Positions 58,245 to 64,000 of a DNA stretch of 64,000 nucleotides are shown piece by piece. This stretch comes from Candidatus Bathyarchaeia archaeon (GTDB lineage Archaea; Thermoproteota; Bathyarchaeia; 40CM-2-53-6), in contig JBEKFP010000001.1 of the NCBI GenBank assembly GCA_050013255.1, forward strand, positions 672,001 through 736,000, written 5' to 3'. Every line of letters begins with the position of its first letter. Positions within the stretch are counted from its first letter, which is position 1. A model generated the notes under the pieces. That model was not told the DNA's origin, made no database searches, and saw only the letters and a list, made by a program, of their open reading frames with translations. The position numbers were made by a program, and so were the translations under genes.

Positions 58245-59729
58245 TCAGAGTCTGCCGGCGAGATGACTGGTTATCTTTCGGGTAGCATATGCTAGGCTCC
58301 CAGCTGCGATGATTTTACGAATGCGCCTAGGGTGAAGCAGTTCTCGAAGCAGTACGCTTGTATACCATTTCTTGAGAGCGGTTTTATGAAGTTCCTCAAT
58401 TTCACCTGTCGAGAGTTGGGGGTAATTGAGAACCGAGAAGTTCCCGCCATCATACATGGTCCAGTCTGTTGTGGTTAGCCATCCGTTTTCCTTGGCTTGC
58501 ATATAGAATGGTGTTCCTGGGAATGGCGTGGCTATCGAGAACTGCACGCTGTCTGTATCCAAACTCTTCGCGAATTTTATTGTCCTGAGTATATCCTCTC
58601 TAGTCTCGCCCGGCAGCCCAATTATATATGTCGCGTGGGTCCATATACCTAATTTCTTACACCATTCAGCGAAGGTCTTGGTTCTCTGAGCATTGACAAA
58701 ATGCTTCCGTATAGCGTTAAGTGTCGTTGCGTTAGCTGACTCGACGCCGAACTTCAAGCCTACGCAACCTGCAGTTGACATTTGTTTCAATGTTTCTTGA
58801 TCCAACGTTATGTCTCCCATGCCTGCCCAAGGCAAATCAAGACCTCTCTTTCGAATCTCATCGCAGAATAGCCTCAGGCGCTGTCTATCTACTGCGAAGG
58901 TGTCATCATCAAAGTAGACCTGTCTAGCACCATACTTTTCCGACACGGCTACCATTTCATCAACAATGGAGGTAGGATGCCTCTTACTGTAATAGGACGT
59001 ATCGCCATACATTACCCTGATAGGCATACAGAACGAACATTTGTAGGGGCAACCACGAGAAGTCAGCATCTGAACACATGGCTTCCCTGCGACTTCAAAA
59101 TCATGATACCACTGCACCTTGAAGTCATCCCTGTCAGGGTAAGGTAACTGATCAAGATCAGCCAAAGTGGAATTATGTGCGTTCGAGCGGTTCGTGATCA
59201 CTTGAGCCTCTCTGCGATATGCAATTGAATCAACCAAAACTGTTCCTTTGCCGTTCTGCTGCTCGAATCGGACGAAATCCCGGAAACTTTGCTCATACTC
59301 CCCGAGCATGCAGTAGTCGATGTAAGGATATTCCATCAGCACGTCGTTTGCCAGCGCCGTCACGTGTCCACCTGCTAGGACTATTTTGCAGCCTATGCGA
59401 GTTTTGATTTCGGATAGCAACTTCATTGTTGGCGGAAAACTCACGGTCGGGACATCTACCAGAAGGATGTCAGGAGAAAAAGCAGAAACCGACTGGATGA
59501 ATTCTGAGGCATCTAGATCCATGGCGCACGCGTCAAGTCCGACGACCTCATTGGTCGGATCTTGCTTGAGGAGCGAGGTTGCGTAACCTAGACCGAAGGG
59601 GTAGGGCTGATAATGTTCTTTTACGTGCTTTGGAATGAAGAGGCTAAAGCTCCATCTGCTTCCGGACTGAATGAAGTGCCTTTTGGGATCATCCATGTAA
59701 GCAGGCGGATTCGCTAACATTACTCGCAT
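58245..59729 (-). CDS. B12-binding radical SAM enzyme
   Basis: N-terminal cobalamin-binding domain, SRGCPYKCSFC, FDDDTF, GLPGET. Confidence 0.9.
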   Translation of the reverse strand: MRVMLANPPAYMDDPKRHFIQSGSRWSFSLFIPKHVKEHYQPYPFGLGYATSLLKQDPTNEVVGLDACAMDLDASEFIQSVSAFSPDILLVDVPTVSFPPTMKLLSEIKTRIGCKIVLAGGHVTALANDVLMEYPYIDYCMLGEYEQSFRDFVRFEQQNGKGTVLVDSIAYRREAQVITNRSNAHNSTLADLDQLPYPDRDDFKVQWYHDFEVAGKPCVQMLTSRGCPYKCSFCMPIRVMYGDTSYYSKRHPTSIVDEMVAVSEKYGARQVYFDDDTFAVDRQRLRLFCDEIRKRGLDLPWAGMGDITLDQETLKQMSTAGCVGLKFGVESANATTLNAIRKHFVNAQRTKTFAEWCKKLGIWTHATYIIGLPGETREDILRTIKFAKSLDTDSVQFSIATPFPGTPFYMQAKENGWLTTTDWTMYDGGNFSVLNYPQLSTGEIEELHKTALKKWYTSVLLRELLHPRRIRKIIAAGSLAYATRKITSHLAGRL

Positions 59730-59973
59730 GGGATTTTCCTAGCGTGTGCCTTGTTCGCTGCCATAAATAGTCCATACGGTATAAGAGTGTTGGCGGAGTC
59801 CAGCGGATAATGTATTGCGGAACCCCAGGACTTTGTTCCTATCCTTTCGCCTTTCGCGATTCAATGCATCTGTGACTGACATGAATGTGACTGAAAATCT
59901 AAAGGGACTACTTAGGATCAAGTGCAACCATTAATCGATCTAAAAGGGTGGCTACGTTGATTAGGGCCTGATA

Positions 59974-61146
59974 ATGATGAGGGTCCTTATCGCGTCTAAC
60001 GAGCTTTATCCTATTACCGGTGGCGCAGTGGGAACGCTTTACATTGGACGAAAATTCTCTGAAAGAGGACATGAAGTCACTCTGACGGGTCCCCTCCACT
60101 CTGAGAGAAGCAAAGCCGAAAGAGAGCTTGGTTTCAAGGTGATCCCGTTTAATCTACCTTTCCAGGTCTCGAAATTTGTTCCAATTAGGGGACCACGGTA
60201 TCTCGCATATGCTTTCAGTTTCATTCCCCATTTCCTTAAGCTCGCTCCATTCTTCGACTTCATTCTGATAAGAAATTGTCTAGTGGGGTTGTCGGGAAGT
60301 TTCGCTAGTATTATCCGAAGGTCGGGCTGCATGGCGATCAGCCTCTCGGATTTGCTTGCGGGGTTCCTAAAAGAGGACCCTTTCTACCCGAAGTTCTTAA
60401 GCGATATTTTGCTCCTCGCCGAGAAGCAGATTCCGAAGTCTTTTCCGCTTGTTTTTGTTGTAAGCCCCTTGATGAAGAGAGAGTTGACGCGAGCAGGTGT
60501 TCCTGCTCAAGTCATTGAGGTAACTTTTGACGGAGTAGATGTCAACAGGTTTGACCCTAACATTGAACCGGCGGTCGTCTTTGATAAGCCAACCGTGATT
60601 TCGTTTGGTTCGCTTGATTGGCATCACGGTGCGCATTTGCTGATTGATATTGTCAAGGAGGTACAGAAGCGTCAAGACGTTCAATTCATGATCGTCGGCG
60701 GCGGACCCGCGTATCCGTACCTCGCGAGGAAACTAAAAGGTCAACCTTATGTTCTAATGACCAATTTTGTCCCGTACGGGAGCCTTCCAAGCTACATCGC
60801 TTCATCTGATTTGGGAATAATTCCTTATCCCAAAAACTACTCACTCGATTTAGTCCTCACACTGAAACTCCTTGAGACTCTATCTATGGCACGACCCGTA
60901 GTCTGTTCAAACCTGGCTAGTGTGAAAGAGGTTTTCGGCGGATATGAATTTCTGAAAATCGGTGAAGACTTGAAAACCTTTGCTGATCGAATTCTTGAAA
61001 TCATTAATCTCCCAAGAAGTGAAAGGAAAAGGATAGGACTGAGAGGAAGGGAACTCGTAACGGACAAATTCTCTTGGGATGTTGTGACCACTGCGATGGT
61101 AACGAAATGCGAGAAATTGTTCTTGGAGTCTAACAGAACAGGATAG
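59974..61146 (+). CDS. GT4 glycosyltransferase
   Basis: GVDVNRF, VGGGP, LKLLETLSMARPVV. Confidence 0.85.
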   Translation: MMRVLIASNELYPITGGAVGTLYIGRKFSERGHEVTLTGPLHSERSKAERELGFKVIPFNLPFQVSKFVPIRGPRYLAYAFSFIPHFLKLAPFFDFILIRNCLVGLSGSFASIIRRSGCMAISLSDLLAGFLKEDPFYPKFLSDILLLAEKQIPKSFPLVFVVSPLMKRELTRAGVPAQVIEVTFDGVDVNRFDPNIEPAVVFDKPTVISFGSLDWHHGAHLLIDIVKEVQKRQDVQFMIVGGGPAYPYLARKLKGQPYVLMTNFVPYGSLPSYIASSDLGIIPYPKNYSLDLVLTLKLLETLSMARPVVCSNLASVKEVFGGYEFLKIGEDLKTFADRILEIINLPRSERKRIGLRGRELVTDKFSWDVVTTAMVTKCEKLFLESNRTG

Positions 61147-61308
61147 GACCCCCTAAACGACTTTGATGCTCACACTTCAGGCCTCTTGGTAAACTACACG
61201 ACTCGACTTCCCTCAAGAAAACGCTTTACTCTCGATCAACGCAGGCTCTAAATAATCGCATGCCATTCGACTGCTCCTCAGATTTCTACTACCTCGTTTG
61301 GTTTAGCG

Positions 61309-61490
61309 TCAGGCTTGAGAATCCAGTCGTGACCTCGATGACATTACCTTGCTTCCGTCGAGTTCCTTGAGCCTTCGCGTAATATCTTCAAGGAAGCCAT
61401 CGTTATCATACATGAGCTGGCCATCGTAGGTCATATCTAACAAGATTGGGAGATCTGTCCTCTTCAGGAGTAAGAAAGTTGATGGCCGAG
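61309..61490 (-). pseudogene. C-terminal fragment of a minimal nucleotidyltransferase (MNT)
   Basis: PILLDMTYDGQLMYDNDGFLEDITRRLKEL resembles archaeal MNT C-termini. Confidence 0.45.
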
Positions 61491-62801
61491 TTACGACGGG
61501 ATCTGTTTGAAGGGAAAATACCAAGCGAAACCAACTAACACGAGTAGAACGTAAACGACTACGACAGCTCTTGGAATATGCTTGTTGCTAAACATTAGAG
61601 CGATGCCGCCCGCCACAGCAGGCACTGTATTCTGGAAATAGAAGATGTACGAGATTCTGTGGCCGATGTATGAAAGCGGGAAGAAGGGGAAGTATGTGGC
61701 CGCGAACCAGCAGAGCAGGAAGAGCGCGAGCTGGCTGTTTCGTTGGTCGTAGCGGTAGAGCGCATATGCCATGGCTGGAATGGTCAGGTAGATGATGAAT
61801 GGGTTCATGGCCCCCCAGAAAGATATGGTTTGGTAGGTGACGCCCCCCGAGGTCACGCTTACTCCGAGGTATTGAATCGGGACCTGGTTGAGGAGCCAAT
61901 CAAGCGGCTGACTCTCAATACCCGTCGGCACTGGTCGAACTAGCGCAAGCGTATACGTGTAAATGAAGCGAATGTGTTCAAAGGGGTTACTCCCACTCAC
62001 GAAACGATCTAGAGCAAACAGGAGTACAAATCCTGTTGCGGCATAATAGAAACCAAAGGGCAGCAACCATTTCAGCTTCGGGACAAGTACAGACCTCCAC
62101 TTCTTCACTAATTCACTCGGCCGCACATCCCTAAGCAAGTGAAAGATTGCGATCGCAAGAAAACCGTAGAATCCCCCTATTTTAGTAAGGGTGCTTAGCG
62201 CGAGGGCTACCGCAGAGAGTTTAGTGCGATCCCAGAAGTACAGATAGAAACCCAGCAGCATGAATGCCAAGGTGAAAATGTCGAGGATGGCAACTCTACT
62301 ATCAACGAAAATTAGGTTATCGAAGCTGAACAGAAAAGTAGCCAGGAAAGAGTATTTGCCATTCTTCGAAATCCTCTTCATCAGGAGGTAGAATAGAAGA
62401 ATCGAAAGTGACCCCATAATTACGCTCGGGAGGCGCCAACCCCAAGCGTTGTCGCCGAGTATTCGCATCGAGGCTGCGATAATCAACTTAGCTAGCGGCG
62501 GATGTTCCTGGTTCGGATCTGTACCGGGGAGTGCGTTAGGGTACGGTATCCTCGATGGGTCCGGTCCTTGAGGCCATCCCAACAGGTTCCTTGCCACGTT
62601 CACATAATAGTACTCGTCAAAGATCAGTGTCCCACCAGTGCCATACCCACCTGGAATGTCAAGCCACACGACTCTCAAGGCGACTGAGACAAGTAGCAAA
62701 ACGAGAAAGTATCTGTCCCATTTGTACCCCAAGCTCAAGTCGAAGAACTTTCCTTTTGTCTTTGATTTCTCTGTCCCGGTGGTTTCTTGCGAAGTTTCCA
62801 T
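61491..62801 (-). CDS. PMT/GT39-like protein O-mannosyltransferase
   Basis: IFDEYYY, EHPPLAK, GWRLPS, SRVAILD, YIFY. Confidence 0.8.
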   Translation of the reverse strand: METSQETTGTEKSKTKGKFFDLSLGYKWDRYFLVLLLVSVALRVVWLDIPGGYGTGGTLIFDEYYYVNVARNLLGWPQGPDPSRIPYPNALPGTDPNQEHPPLAKLIIAASMRILGDNAWGWRLPSVIMGSLSILLFYLLMKRISKNGKYSFLATFLFSFDNLIFVDSRVAILDIFTLAFMLLGFYLYFWDRTKLSAVALALSTLTKIGGFYGFLAIAIFHLLRDVRPSELVKKWRSVLVPKLKWLLPFGFYYAATGFVLLFALDRFVSGSNPFEHIRFIYTYTLALVRPVPTGIESQPLDWLLNQVPIQYLGVSVTSGGVTYQTISFWGAMNPFIIYLTIPAMAYALYRYDQRNSQLALFLLCWFAATYFPFFPLSYIGHRISYIFYFQNTVPAVAGGIALMFSNKHIPRAVVVVYVLLVLVGFAWYFPFKQIPS

Positions 62802-63280
62802 AATTGATCCGCATTTTCTTTTGTCAAACTAAGTAATGTCTCGAATCACGGTTTACACTCTATTTATGACATTCGGGTGTAATGGCATCTTGCATGAAGC
62901 TCCAGAAACAGTCGGAACAACTAGAGAGAGAAACGATTAGGTCTGGTGCACTAGCGGGAGAAAGTGGTCAGCCTTCCTCATATGAAAGCAGCTATTCTTT
63001 TGCCCATCCCATAATCTTGTTTATGATTATTTCTTCGATTGCCGCACGAAAGAATGACTACGATAAGGGTGGCACCTCAAGCCTCAGGTCCCTGTTTGAC
63101 GGCCTACCTATGAAAACTGCCAGCAAAGGAATTGTTGTCGTTACACCTGGCGGTAGGAGAAGTTTCGGATTCGTGTCGATATCTCCGGAAACTTGGTTAT
63201 TATCAAGTCTAGGAGAGGAAAAGGCCTAATTGCAGGGACACACACAACCATCCACTCCGGCCAGTTCAAGCTGAGTAACC

Positions 63281-64000
63281 GTGCAGACCAGCTCTAACGA
63301 GAAACAAGAGCGTACTGTTAACAACAATGCTGCACGGTATGCTATGTACGCTGCGATAGTTGTCGCAGTTATTCTGGTCGCGGTGTACCTGAACCCTGTT
63401 CCTGCGGCATACTCTCAAGATTGCACGGCAATAATTGCTGCCACTACGACGGATACTGTAAGCAACACCTACGTGTTCACTTTCACTGTGAATCCTTGCG
63501 AAACCACAACTCAGACAACTACTGAAACCACAACTCAGACAACTGGTGAAACCGCAACTACGACTGCTTCCACTGAGACGGTTACGGCTACTGCGACTGC
63601 GTCTACTGCAACTGTGACCGCGACGGAGACAGCTTCCACCGCAACAGTTACAGCTACTGAGACTGCTTCAACAGCAACGGTGACTGCAACAGAGACCGGC
63701 TCTACTCAAACGGTAACCGCTACTGAGACTGGTTCCACTCAGACGGTTACGTCTACTACGACTCCGACTACGACTGCGGCTACTGTCACGACGACGCCAA
63801 CTCAGACTGCGTCTACTGTAACTACGACTCCAACTGAAACCGCTTCGACTGTGACGACGACTCCAACTACGACTGCTTCTACTCAGACTCTGACGGCTAC
63901 TACCACTGGTTCCACTCGGACAGTCACCGCGACAACCATAGCTACAACGACGGTGACAACCATAGCTACAACGACGGTGACAGCACTTGTGCGCACAATT
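63281..64000 (+). CDS. Thr-rich mucin-like surface protein (runs off the window)
   Basis: GTG start, hydrophobic signal, 24- and 33-nt tandem repeats (ETTTQTTT, TETASTATVTA); no stop before 64000. Confidence 0.75.
   Translation, partial: MQTSSNEKQERTVNNNAARYAMYAAIVVAVILVAVYLNPVPAAYSQDCTAIIAATTTDTVSNTYVFTFTVNPCETTTQTTTETTTQTTGETATTTASTETVTATATASTATVTATETASTATVTATETASTATVTATETGSTQTVTATETGSTQTVTSTTTPTTTAATVTTTPTQTASTVTTTPTETASTVTTTPTTTASTQTLTATTTGSTRTVTATTIATTTVTTIATTTVTALVRTI

Noticed and set aside
62882-63229. 115-aa ORF
   Set aside because: No motif; lies in a divergent intergenic region; likely spurious

Overview
Archaeal chromosomal window, TACK-like and most consistent with Bathyarchaeia or a relative (PolD DP1 and DP2, Elf1, Cdc6, many TTG/GTG starts); the taxon is an inference. 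A core replication block (DP1, cdc6, ORB-containing oriC, elf1, DP2, PAC2) and a cofD-cofC-glyA operon sit between accessory regions. These hold an arsenic-resistance locus, small stress/lipid genes, surface proteins, a defence island and a glycosylation cluster. Signals the ORF track does not explain: (1) a 5.2-kb element with 74-bp terminal inverted repeats starting GGGGATAT and a 14-bp target duplication at a tRNA-like 3' end, with no transposase or casposase, i.e. a candidate non-autonomous casposon-like element with HEPN-like cargo; (2) a 34-nt bulge-helix-bulge intron in glyA whose canonical cuts restore the frame exactly; (3) a ~26-bp repeat (GTGTGTGCGCACCATTAGACCCACAC) in about 13 copies at accessory-gene boundaries, often in inverted pairs and once at a gene breakpoint; (4) an unannotated 54-aa protamine-like ORF, and a membrane-anchored coiled-coil/wHTH gene with an 11-bp-phased site array near oriC; (5) a 24-aa peptide plus terminator ahead of an uncharacterised four-gene membrane operon. 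All calls come from reading the sequence; no searches were run.
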